From Hyphochytrium catenoides (lineage: Eukaryota > Protista > Hyphochytriomycota), in NCBI GenBank assembly GCA_900088475.1, contig FLMG01001432.1:1-40040 (forward strand): a DNA stretch of 40,040 bases, in the 5' to 3' direction. The notes below the pieces were generated by a model that saw only the letters and a list, made by a program, of their open reading frames with translations, ran no database searches and was not told the DNA's origin. Below, one piece after another: positions 1 to 10,575 of the stretch (the first letter of the stretch is position 1; every line of letters begins with the position of its first letter). Position numbers and translations under genes: made by a program.

Positions 1-28
1 CGTATACACCGCAGTGGCCTCTCTATGA
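1..28 (+). CDS. 3' end (VYTAVASL*) of an upstream paralog of the 4954-8942 membrane-protein gene; truncated by the window edge
   Basis: nt 1-28 (cgtatacaccgcagtggcctctctatga) are identical to 8915-8942, including the TGA stop; similarity fades ~10 nt after the stop. Confidence 0.75.
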
Positions 29-1383
29 CGATGCGGCTCGAAGAAGCAGAAGACGATGTGAGTAATCGAGATGGGGAGAGAGAGAGAAAGAAGAGAGAGA
101 GAGAGCGAGAGAGTCGGAGACAGAGGAGAGAGGACGAAGTGAGTTTGGGGCAGTTAGTGCTGCTGCTGCTTGACACTTCCACCACCTCTGATGATTGATG
201 AAGCGTCAACTTTATGCCGCTTGGCTTTTATTTATTATAAAGACATAGTCAAGAGTGAGTAGACTACTTATTGTTCAGAAGAAGAACGAGAAGAGAAGAA
301 AGTACGTACTTACGAAGATACAGAGAAACAAGAGCCTAACCTAGGGACCGTGGGCTAATAGTTAGTAGGAGAGGCTGTGGGGGAACCAAGGAAATAGGTA
401 CAAGATCTAGTTCCCCCTCCTCCTTACCACCAACAAGCAGCAGGGATAATAATGACAGAAGCAACTTGATGAAGAACAATATAATCATCTTGTCTCTTCT
501 TCTTCCTCTTGTTCCTTCTTCTTGCATCTCCTTCTCCTCCTCCTCCTCCTCCTACTTCTTTTTCTTTTTCTTTTTTATAAATATTATATCACTACTTAGC
601 AAACTAATCTAGAAGAAGAATGTAAAGAAGAAGAAGAGAAAGAGAAGCTAAGAAGCCATAGGCTCTTCCACCTCAGCTCGATCTGCTGCCTGTTCATCAT
701 CAGTAAAGGAAGAATCATAGTTGGTTTCCTCAGTAATGATAAGCGGAGAAGAAGGAGGAAGAGGAGTGGAACCACTAGCAACCATGGATTACCTTCTTCG
801 AGCTCAGCTGTCACGGGAAGACAAGCAAGAGAAGGGTCCAGCTGTTCAGGAGGAGGAATGCGCTTTTTTCTTTATAAAAAGTCATAAGCCTTAGTAGTAG
901 TAGCCATTATCCCTCTTCTTTTGTAGGTTGCCAAAAAAAATCTAAAAATGAAACGTGGAGAAGAATTGGGGGAGAGGAGGCCATAGCGGCGAGGAGGAAG
1001 GGGCCGTGGGGAGGGGCCAATGAAAGGTTATCGGGAAGACAATCAATTTTACGGGCCGCCGCCTTCCTCCTCCTCCTGTAACGACAAAGGCACTTTGTCT
1101 CGGAATCACCAAGTAACTGTACGACAAGTACAAGATTTAGATTTAGATGAACTCATAATTATTTTCGGCTGTGGGAGCAGCGGTGCTTGAAGATCAGTCA
1201 GGAAGTAGAACCATAGTTAGATATTCTAAAAAGCGTTTGCTGTTCAAGTACAAGTAGACGGATACATTTACAAGTATCAAGTCTGGGTACTAAAGCCACC
1301 AACGGCTTCCTAAACAGTACTTGTAGTAGAGCTATGTACTAGTACTGTTTTACAGTACTTGTTCCTGCCATCCCTTTCACAAC

Positions 1384-1429
1384 CTCTCTGCGCCTCTGCC
1401 AAGTACTCTCTGCGCCTCTGCCAAGTACT
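1384..1429. repeat. Tandem duplication of a 22-bp unit (ctctctgcgcctctgccaagta x2)
   Basis: Direct reading of the sequence. Confidence 0.9.
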
Positions 1430-2529
1430 GTAGATACGATAGAGCTTGGACTTGTACTAGTACGATACTTGTCTTACCTGCCCTCGTACCCGCCGCGTCG
1501 CGACCATAAGGAGTTCTACACTACTGGTAATCTAAGAACAGTACTTGCAATAATGGTTCTAACGAAGCGAGTGCACAGAGTAAGCGAAGTTTCTTACTAA
1601 TGAGAACCTGTATGTTGTGGGTAGGTATAGTACGTACTACGTGTCGGACGAGATATATTATCTTAGGGTTAACGCTCTCCAGTGTCTTAGCACTAATGAG
1701 TGTCCACCAGGGTTAGGGTTTGGGCAAGGCAGGGAGTGATGTCTGTGACAGTGGTGGAAGCAGTGAAGAATGATAGAACCTTCACTGTCCCTAAGAAGCC
1801 TATCTATCATGGTACTTACTTCATCAATAATAGAGCGTTATGAGTAGAAGGAATAAGGTCGAAGCACCAAGAAGGCGCAAGAGGAGGAGAAGAGAGAATG
1901 TGGTCATATCTGTCCATCTTCGACTGGCCTCCTTCTTCTTCTGAGGCACGCGTAAGTGCCAGTGTGGACATACGATGACGCTTTGTGGTATAGATCTTGT
2001 GGGCCCAAGTGTGAACCCTATGATAGCTGCCACTCAAATGCGTGTCAGCTTGCCCCTTTGGTCATTGTAGCCCAAGTGTGAGAGTCCCATATCATGTTCC
2101 AATTTTACTAGCTAGTGAGAAAGATGCGTTCAGTATACCATTGCAGGTTATATAGCTAAATAGTTGTAAGCAGACCCAAACCTAAGTACCACCTCTTTGA
2201 GCTCTACTACCTCCCTGGAGGCGTGGTTTGCTCTGCTTTTTGTGCTCTTGTGATCTCTTTACAGACACCGGAGAACTCATGCAAGTATAACGCACCTTGT
2301 TGCTGGAAGACTGATCGTCGATCGTCGCGACATTCCGCTTTTTTTAGAACAGGAAGAAGAAGGGAGAGTTGAAAGTGGGGAGATAGGTAGGGCCAAGGAT
2401 AGCGCAGGCCATGGACAAGAAAGTAAAAAGAGAGAGTGAGTAGTGAGCAAAAGAGACACGAGAGAGACTACGACAGAGAGGAAGAGGACAAGTGATCGAG
2501 CGGTTGATGGTATCAGTCTTGACGGCGTG

Positions 2530-3010
2530 GGGCAAGATGGGAGAAGAGAGAGGCACAATGACGGAGATCGGCTACGAAAAGTCTCGCAAAGGGTCTCCTC
2601 GCTCTACCCTTAGATGGCGGAAGAACTACTTTGCGAGACTTTTTCAATCTTGCTCGCTCTGTCGTCCTGCCCCGGCTTTGCTCTCCCATCTTTTTCAATC
2701 TTGCTTGTCACAATCTTCCCTCTGGTGACCCATCCTTCCTCTCTCTTTCTTTCTCATCATTCTCTCCCCCACCATGGACAACAAGCACCTTTGTTGGCGG
2801 TTTAGTCGTTTCCACATCACCTCCACTTCGTGCTAAGTCACTAGTTACCACTCTGATCCTTGGTGTGATGACCCTCTCCATAAGATGTTTGTACCATAAG
2901 CTGTGTGGTTGAAGGCAGAGAGGTGCCTTAGGGATTGGCAAGGGCTACTGAGTAGTGAGAAGAGGCAGGCGACTCCACGGACGAGACCGATGGGTCGGAG
3001 TTTCCCTTCC
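2530..3010 (+). pseudogene. Decayed fragment A of the 2x6-TM family; direct-repeat partner of 3555-4030
   Basis: 2603-2626 translates STLRWRKN (intact gene: SSLPWRKD); 2661-2678 VVLPRL (gene: AVAPRI) in a shifted frame; a later hydrophobic stretch LVTTLILGVMTLSIRCLY; stops and frameshifts present. Confidence 0.55.
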
Positions 3011-3305
3011 TCCTCCCTCTCGTGTCTTGTCTTATTTATAGTATCGTACAAGTCCAAGCTCTGCCTTATCATCTGTTCTCACGCAGTGTACAGCCACGAT
3101 ATAGACATTGAATAAAGTTGTACTTCCTATTATTATTATTATAGTTCTACCTTCTGAGCTTCAAGGACAGCGACACCTACAATTGCACGAGTAGTAACGT
3201 CTACATCTGGTCGAACTACCGTTACAGGTGATAAGAGGACCATAATCTATAGGAGCAGTAAGTGCAGGGCATAATAAATGATGAGACAAGAAGAGGAGAC
3301 ACACC

Positions 3306-3321
3306 GAGAGAGAGAGAGAGT

Positions 3322-3386
<65 letters not shown>

Positions 3387-3533
3387 CAGAGAGACAGACA
3401 GAGAGAGACAGAGAGAGAGGGACAGAGACAGATAGACAGAGAGAGAGAGAGACAGAGAGAGAGGGACAGAGACAGATAGACAGAGAGAGACAGAGAGAGA
3501 GACAGAGAGAGAGACAGAGAGAGAGACAGAGAC
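3306..3533. repeat. (GA)n / GAGACA compound microsatellite
   Basis: Direct reading; similar GA/CT tracts occur at about 76-130, 9116-9195, 11282-11730, 12745-12800, 17122-17175, 17579-17645, 17852-17945, 18680-18720 and 39270-39775. Confidence 0.95.
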
Positions 3534-3554
3534 GACGAGAGGGAGAAGGAGAGT

Positions 3555-4030
3555 GTGGGCAAGATAACAAGAGAGGCAGAATGGCGGGGATCGGTTACGG
3601 AAAGTCCCGCAAAGCGCCTCCTCACCCTAGTCTTTATAAATGGCCGAACTGCAAGAACATTCTCGCTCGCAGTACCTCTTCTCATCCCTTTCCTTCGCTC
3701 TCTCTCAGTCGCCCCGGCTGTGCGCCCCAACCTATATTGAACTTGTCGCTATCCTTTCCTCTCGTGACACACTTTCTCTCTCTCTTTTCTCTCCTTCCCT
3801 CAGTAACAAGCACCTTTGGCGGTTTAGTCGTTTTCGCATCATCTCAGCCCTGTGCTAGTCACTAATTCCACTCTGATTCTTGTGGCGACCTCTCCATAAG
3901 ATGTGTTTGTACATCAAGCTGTGTGGTTGGAGGCAGAGAGGTGCCTAAGGGCTTGGAAAGGGCTACTGGGAGAAGAGATGAGAGGCAGACGACCCCACGG
4001 AAGAGGCCGATGGATCGGAGTTTCTCCTGT
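3555..4030 (+). pseudogene. Decayed fragment B of the 2x6-TM family; diverged direct copy of 2530-3010
   Basis: Collinear blocks shared with fragment A (acaagcacctttg, ggcggtttagtcgtt, ctctccataagatgt, aagctgtgtggttg, aggcagagaggtgcct, agggctactg), roughly 70-75% identity by eye. Confidence 0.55.
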
Positions 4031-4310
4031 CTTAGACTGAAGAAGAGGGCAGCAGGATTGCCAGAGAGAGAGAGAGAATGTGTAAGGGACTCGAAAGGGC
4101 CAGACATATTACGCAATGTATAAAGGAAGCCAATAATAGCGCCATTGACCCATGTCCGCTGCCTCGCTCTAAGCCCGCTGCTGGTGACCTCTCTTTCTTT
4201 TCTCTCTTCTTTTCCCCTTCTCTCTTCTCCCCGTGCCCGTCTACCTCCCCCATCTCCTGCTCATCCCTTTCCCTTTGTCGGATACTAGTTTCTTCTTCAC
4301 CTCTTCTACA

Positions 4311-4720
4311 ATGAATGGTGCCTGGCTCCTCCTCTCCCTATCTTGAACTACTTCCTTTCTTCTGATCAGCATCTCTTTCTTCTCTCCGCAGCACCTGTTT
4401 TTAAAAGTGGCTGTCCTTCCTAGCCTTCTCCTTTGCATACCAATCCTTGATCCTCTCTTACCTACCCCTTCTCATCTTCTGCCCGTCCTATTGACCTACA
4501 GAACTCATTAGACACTCCGGTCGACCTTTTAGTCCCGTCCCTGTCTTGGCCACTTCTGCTTCTACAGCCATTGTCCTAGTATCCTTCCGCGCCGTCATAA
4601 GTTTATTTCTAGTCCCATCCCCTTTCTCTGTGCACGCCTTCTTGTCTGCTGCCCCCTTTCTCCCGGTGTTTCTCTTGTTTAGCTCAGTCATATTCGCAGC
4701 GCTGCTCTTTCCTCGCTAAA
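4311..4720 (+). pseudogene. Possible decayed fragment C resembling the first TM module
   Basis: MNGAWLLLSLS*TTSFLLISISFFSP resembles IDGAHVLFIFGLLLLNLGFFFP; internal stop and frameshift; the hydrophobicity may partly reflect CT bias. Confidence 0.3.
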
Positions 4721-4953
4721 CCTTGTTCAACCCCTCTTTCCCCAAGAGCTTCCCTCTCTCTCTCTCGCTGTCTCACTTGTCGCCCATTACATATACTTCT
4801 CTAAGGAGATAAGAGACGAGAGCTGCGACATCTCACGTGCTAAGTGGTTCCTTTTCCATCACAAGCGGTACTGGAAACCTTTCGTCTGGCTGCCGCCGTC
4901 TCCTCCCCTTCTCTTGAAACAACTTGCTCGTTGTTTCTCTTCCCAGTGACGTT

Positions 4954-7900
4954 ATGATGCCAGAGGTAGACGGTGCCGACTCAGATGTCCCCAGCGCTAG
5001 TGAGGGGAGATCTAGGAGCACCAGATCTAAGGGGAGATCTACAAGGAAGGAAGAGCCCATCTCCACCGCTCCGCATTCTTCTCCCCACTCCTCTCCTAGG
5101 AATATGACTTCCTCGCCTGCTTCATCAAGTCCCCTCATTCCTCCCTCTTCTCTGGCCCTTCCCGTCTCCCCCGCCATCGCTCCACTTGAACCTCTCTGCC
5201 CTTCTCCTCCAGATCCCGAGGAGGCTTCCCATCAATCTTCGGCCCGCGTCAACAAAAGGCGGTTCACGCTCCCTGGGACGGTCTGGAAAGCGGAGTTCCG
5301 TCCCACGTCAAAGGTCCACTGGCGGATGTTCTCCTGCTCTCGGGGCGATCGGTCCCGCTGGCTCATTGATGGACTGATAACTGAACTGCTCGAAGGAAAG
5401 CTATCGGCCGCTGTCTTTCCTCTTTCCGCTCACGATCACTGGTCCAGCTCCTCAGGTAAGAGAGCAGAAGATGACCCAGAAGAGCCAAATAAGCGGTTCA
5501 AGAAATATATTCTCTCTCGCCATCGCAGGCTGATTGACGGAGCTCACGTTCTCTTCATCTTCGGCCTTCTCCTGTTGAATCTGGGCTTCTTCTTCCCTGC
5601 GGACTGGAGCTTCCTCTGTCTCCTTGGGCTCTTCTTCATGCTTCCCCTGCAGTTGATGGTCATAGTAACGCTTAGACGATTCATGCTTAGCGTCCTGCTA
5701 GTTTACTCCTTTCAATATGTCTTTCTCTCCTTTCTTTCTATCATTCTCTCCTCTCTGTGGGTGGCCATGCTCTCTCCTCACCCGGACTGGGCGAGGGTAC
5801 TGGGCGTTCTTAGCCTTCTTCTCAATGTCCAAGTAGCGCTGACATACGACGCCTGGGACATTAACTTCCGTGCGCGAGGGAGGCTTCCTCTCTCCCTCAT
5901 GCTCCTCACCTACCTGCTCTTCGCCATGGCTTTCCAGCTCAGAGTCTTTCCTATGGTAAGAAGGGACGACGTCNNNNNNNNNNNNNNNNNNNNNNNNNNN
6001 NNNNNNNNNNNNNNNNNNNNNNNNNNNNNNNNATCTGGAGACTGAGGAGAAACGGAAGAAAGAGAACAAGGAGAAGGGTTGCCATTCCTCGTGCTCCCTC
6101 TTTTGAGAGACCATCATGGAAAGGACCGGAGAGGGGAGAACTAGGTGCTGAAGGAGAGAAAGGGAGAGACGGCAGCAATTCTACTAGCGGAGAGAGCTTA
6201 AAGAGTGAGGTCGAGACGATCTCCATCCGGGTGCCTCTCATTCTTAAAGTGAAGTTGGGAAAGCCTAAGAAATTAGAGCTGGGAAAGCTCTTGCTCTCTC
6301 GTTCTCCCTCTAAGCAGTCTCTCCACTCAAGGGAGTCTTCCGGAGTGACGGCTCTGTTCACTCCGGAAGACCTTCAGAAACCTTCCCTACCCTCTCCTCT
6401 CTCTACGCCACGCACCCAAAACCCTCCCAGTTCAAGCAAGGAGGGCGACGGACGAGAGAGGTTAGATGCTACTGCTTCTCTGCCCATTGATTCTGTTTTC
6501 TGCCGCCCGCGTTCTATATCTCTCGATGGCCTTATCATCCCTGCCCGTAACGGTAGGGCCTTTCCGTCTCTTCCTCGTTCGAGAAGCCTGCTAGTGGCCC
6601 CTGACATGGGGAACCTGGCTATGGCAGACGGAAGTTCTCCATACCTCTATCCCGAAAAGCAGGACCTTCTCTCGGTGCCAGAGTTGCTCCCTGTGGTGCG
6701 ACTATTTCCTTTCCACGGAAAGGAAATGCTGTCCCTTGATTTCTCTCTCCTTGCATCGGCCGCATCTGACAGCAAGGTTGAAGCTTTGACCTCTTCTCCT
6801 ATTTCAGATCCGCATGAGGTTCCTTCGGGTCCCAGTGAACGGACGAAGCTGCCAAGTACGGAGGAGTCTAGCCCGACGTCAGGCATTGAAGCTCTTGTCT
6901 TCCTCCCGCCAACTTCTCCATCGATGGGTCCTCTCTCTCCTCCTTTCCCAAGTTCAAAAGAAGACGATGAGCTGAGGGAGGAAGCCTTCTCCGTTGCCGT
7001 TAACTCTTCTTCTACCGCTCCACTCTGCACCCCGCCTGCTAGGACAGATAGTGGGGAAGGGGCGAGGTCTTCTCTTAACAGCCCTCCGATAGGTTCTCGC
7101 TCTTGTACCAAAGGCAAACGAGAAAGCTTCCAGTCTCCTTGCTCGCTCTCAGGAGAGAGAGCTGTGCGCTCTTTCCGGATTCCAAAGGTTCGTGCGCTTC
7201 CAACGAAGCCAGCCGCCCTCACAGAGAGACAGACGAAAAGTCCCAGGATCTCTCCCAGACCGCCTCTTCTTCTCTCTTCCCACAAGCCAGCTTCAAGTGA
7301 GACTCCGTTTGACAAGAAAGAAAACTCCTCATCCACTGTCCTTCTGCTGGCACAAGATGCTTCAACGACGAAGAGCGAGAAACCCATCAATCTTCCTCTT
7401 GGTCCTAGCTCCACTGCTACCCAAGAAGTCCTACCAAAGCGATCTCTTTCCCTGGAGGTTGCAGTCAGCCCTGTCCCCGTCGCCAAGGCGGGAACAGAGT
7501 TTGGAGATGCACAGTCCGTGACATTGAGTGTACCGATCAGCTCTTGCTCCTCTGCCCAAGCTTCTGTAGAGCAGAAAGGGACAGCATCGACTGCCTCTCT
7601 TCGTTCTATTTCTGTTAGCAGTTCACCTTTTCGTTCTATTTCTGTTAGCAGTTCGCCTTTTCACCGTGCCTCCTTGAGAGCTACCATGAATGCAGCTATC
7701 GAGGCCGGGGCATTGGCTCCCGCTGCTACGGCTCCTCAATCTTCTGAAGCTATCTCTACTTTGGGCTCTCCCATCACAGACCTTAAGAGGAGACTGTCTT
7801 TGCAAATCTTCCCCCAAAACGAAGGCTCTTCTTCTCCCTCGGCTCCTGAGATCTTCTCTCCTCTTGGACTCTTCAGGAAGAACTCTATTGCTTCTTTGAA

Positions 7901-8942
7901 GCAGGGGATGGTCGAAGGAGAGAGCGGCTTGCTGGTAGCGGAAGGAGGAAGAAGGACCAGTATGCCTACCATGTCTAAGATATCTGCCTCTCTGATGGCG
8001 GGCAAGCATATTCTTCAGACCCTTCTCGAGCGAAAGAAGAAGAAGAAGGTAGAAGGAGAGGTTGGCTTTGTGATCCCGTTTGCTATAACTTTAGCACAAC
8101 CTCCGAACAGAGGTCGACTGTCTCTCTTCCTGGTCCTGGGCGCCGGGATGGCCTCTTCGCTCTCTCTCTTCTGCATCATCATCTTCTTTTCTCTCCAATA
8201 TCCTGGTTCGCATCATTTTTACTCTTCGTCCACCTCGTTCAGTGAAGAGGAACAAGATGGTTCAAGGTCTTGGTCTAGTTCTTTACCGTGGAGAAAGGAT
8301 GCCCGGTCCGCCTTTGCCATTCTGTCTCTCTGTCTCGCCATCATCGGCGCCGTTGCCCCAAGAATAGGAAGAGAGCGGAACGCGAAGCTGATGAAGATGG
8401 CTCTCTCAACCTTCGACTTTGTCTTGATCTCTTACCAGACCACTGTCTTCTGTCTCATTCACTCCGCACTATCGTCCTCTGCGTCCAAAAATGTCCCTCG
8501 CTCAAAAGCAGAGACACAGATCGTGATATTCTCTCTCTGGCTAGTGGTCCACACAGCGCTTCTCACAGACTCTCTCCTTGTCCTTCATGAGAGAGTCTTG
8601 TTGAAGCGGATCTATGCGGGCACTTTGTGGCTCTCTCTCCTCGCTTATCAGCTATGGGCTCTTTATGAGCTCACAAGCTCCACTCTCTCTTCTGAAAGCA
8701 ACGGGTCGGAAGAGGTTTCTATCGCCCTTTCTTCATACATGGCGTCTCTCTTATCCCTAGTGACTTCAGAGAAGAGAGAGACACCGTCAGCGGTTACGAT
8801 AGATCTCATAACCTTGGGAACTATGAAAGTTCTCTCTCTGCTTATCTTCTCTCTCCGAGCGACCTGGAGAGTCTTCATCCACCCCGATGAGCTGACATTC
8901 ATCGCGACGAGCTACGTATACACCGCAGTGGCCTCTCTATGA
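4954..8942 (+). CDS. Orphan polytopic membrane protein: two ~6-TM modules joined by a ~650-aa Ser/Pro-rich linker; model bridges the N gap at 5974-6032
   Basis: ORF open from ATG 4954 into the gap; after the gap frame 3 is open from 6033 (IWRLRRNGRKRT...) to TGA 8942. Five hydrophobic helices lie before the gap and six near the C-terminus. A possible donor (atg|gtaag, ~5956) and the gap leave the junction unverified. Confidence 0.75.
5974..6032. other. Assembly gap (others at 11558-11593, 13220-13251, 14281-14329, 17175-17205)
   Basis: Runs of N; three of the five directly abut microsatellites. Confidence 0.99.
7601..7660 (+). repeat. In-frame 30-bp tandem duplication (RSISVSSSPF x2)
   Basis: tcgttctatttctgttagcagttc(a/g)ccttt occurs twice. 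Confidence 0.95.
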
Positions 8943-9120
8943 AGATGTGGTCAGGAGAGAGGGGGAAAGGGAGAACAAGAGTGGAAACACAGAGGATGAT
9001 CTGGGGTAAAGAGGACAGAACCGGAAAGAGCAGAAAGAGAGAAGACTCAGAGAGAAGAGGGAAAGAGGAGGCGCAACTACTCATAGGGAAGGCACAAGAG
9101 TGAGAGGCAAAAGAGGGAGG

Positions 9121-9152
<32 letters not shown>

Positions 9153-9469
9153 GAGAGAGAGAAAAAGAAAGGAATGGAGAGAGAAAGGGAGAGAAAAAAA
9201 TTGACTAGAGACCAAACCGCTATCTTATGTCTGGGCCACATCGGGTCCTTTGTAAAGTATGGTCACTCCTTTTCCTGACGAGCTATTTCTGCTTCTTTCG
9301 TCTCTCTCATCTTTTCGCCTTCTGCTCTGCCAAAGGTTTTCTCCTTTCAATGCGTCCTCTTCTCCTCGCTAGAAGCCTAGAACCAGTAGTCCTCTGATGA
9401 AGCTGAGACGGGGCGCTCTCTGTTACCGTCAAACTAGAGGAATCTCTTTCCTGAGCCGCTTGTTCTGTT

Positions 9470-10575
9470 CAAAATGAGGAATGCTGCTGCTTCTTCTGAA
9501 GCTTCAACCACCCCTTACGACGAATGATGATATAATGACGACGAGCGTTGGATAGGTTAGCTCGTTCGTGAGCATAGATATGGCAGATGAAGAAGTGACG
9601 CTTCTGACCACAGAGCACAAAGAGCCAACCACCACCAACAGGTAGAGCTCGAAGAGAAGGAGCAGATACCAAGCTCAACGACGGGGAAGGGTAGCCCCAA
9701 GAGGCAACCTACTCAATAATAAGGAGAAAGGGCTAAGGGTAGAGTAGACGAAAGAGTTGACAAGAAGCATCAATAATCCGATGAGTACTGGCTGTGCCAA
9801 ACCTCGTCGTCGAGCCACCGCCACCACCATTAAGAACAATGCTGACTCGACGGCACTTGCCGGTCATGCAATGACAAGAAGCATTTAGAAGCCAGCAGTC
9901 GCCAACGAACGCACCAGCGCACTAAAGATAATGAGGAGCTCCTTTGAAGAGAGTAGTCCATATGCCGGTGGGATTGCCAAAGATCAGAATGATAGATGTT
10001 CCTGCTGCGGGACTAAGTCTTGATGAGCCTCTTTGGCTGGTTAAGCACAAACGTGTCCCGATATTGGCAAGAAAGCGTGTCGTGGGCTGTCATCTCAACC
10101 GAGGAGCCGCCACTCCCGCCACTTAGGCAGATGAGAGGAGAAGGGAGAAGGAGGCAGCAGTCACTAAGCGCCAGCACAGAGACAACGCCCTGAAAACGGT
10201 GAGGAGGGTGTCTTTATGCGGTGGGTTTTCCCTTGCGGGCCTGTACGTCTAGCCAGTGGTGCTATGCAGAGCGATGACGGTACGGATGAGTGATGATAGG
10301 ACTATAAAAGGAAAGTCAGCAAGCTAGTAGATGGCTACAAAGGTGCGGTGGCCCTCTCTAAGAAGGAGAGAGGGATCATGGACACATCGGGAGGACAAGG
10401 CGCCACTGTCGTAGGGCGGCGCTGTGCAGATCTTTATGGCCTTGATGAAGCTTCATCCTATTGGAAAGCACCAGCCACGGGGGGAGGGAACTCTTAGATG
10501 GAGCTTTTGCACTCTCTCGTGAAACCTGAAGGCCAACTCAGGGCACCGTGGCGAGCATTCACCTGGCGCATGTCC
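9470..10575 (-). pseudogene. Decayed, internally deleted minus-strand copy D of the 2x6-TM gene
   Basis: 10476-10444 GWCFPIG*SFI vs gene GFFFPADWSFL; 10182-10096 SLCWRLVTAASFSLLLSSA*VAGVAAPRL vs gene 8280-8366 SLPWRKDARSAFAILSLCLAIIGAVAPRI (10/29 identical, ungapped); ELLIIFSALVRSLATAGF*MLLV vs TQIVIFSLWLVVHTALLTDSLLV. The 9470 boundary is approximate. Confidence 0.65.

Noticed and set aside
336-1133. Short hydrophobic minus-strand ORFs
   Set aside because: Low-complexity GAA/TTC and GGA/TCC DNA with no recognisable motif
1300-1470. CRISPR-like repeat/spacer array
   Set aside because: Only short palindromes and one 22-bp tandem duplication, no regular spacers, eukaryotic context
2003-2081. 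12-bp direct repeat gcccaagtgtga
   Set aside because: Too short and isolated to interpret
3161-3865. Long ORFs with ERERER / LSLSLS repeats (also near 11.3-11.9, 17.1-17.9 and 39.4-39.9 kb)
   Set aside because: Translations of GA/CT microsatellites, which lack stop codons; no coding evidence
6647-7486. 279-aa antisense ORF (and similar antisense ORFs over ENGASE, EIF2D and the esterases)
   Set aside because: Shadow frames of real coding sequence on the opposite strand
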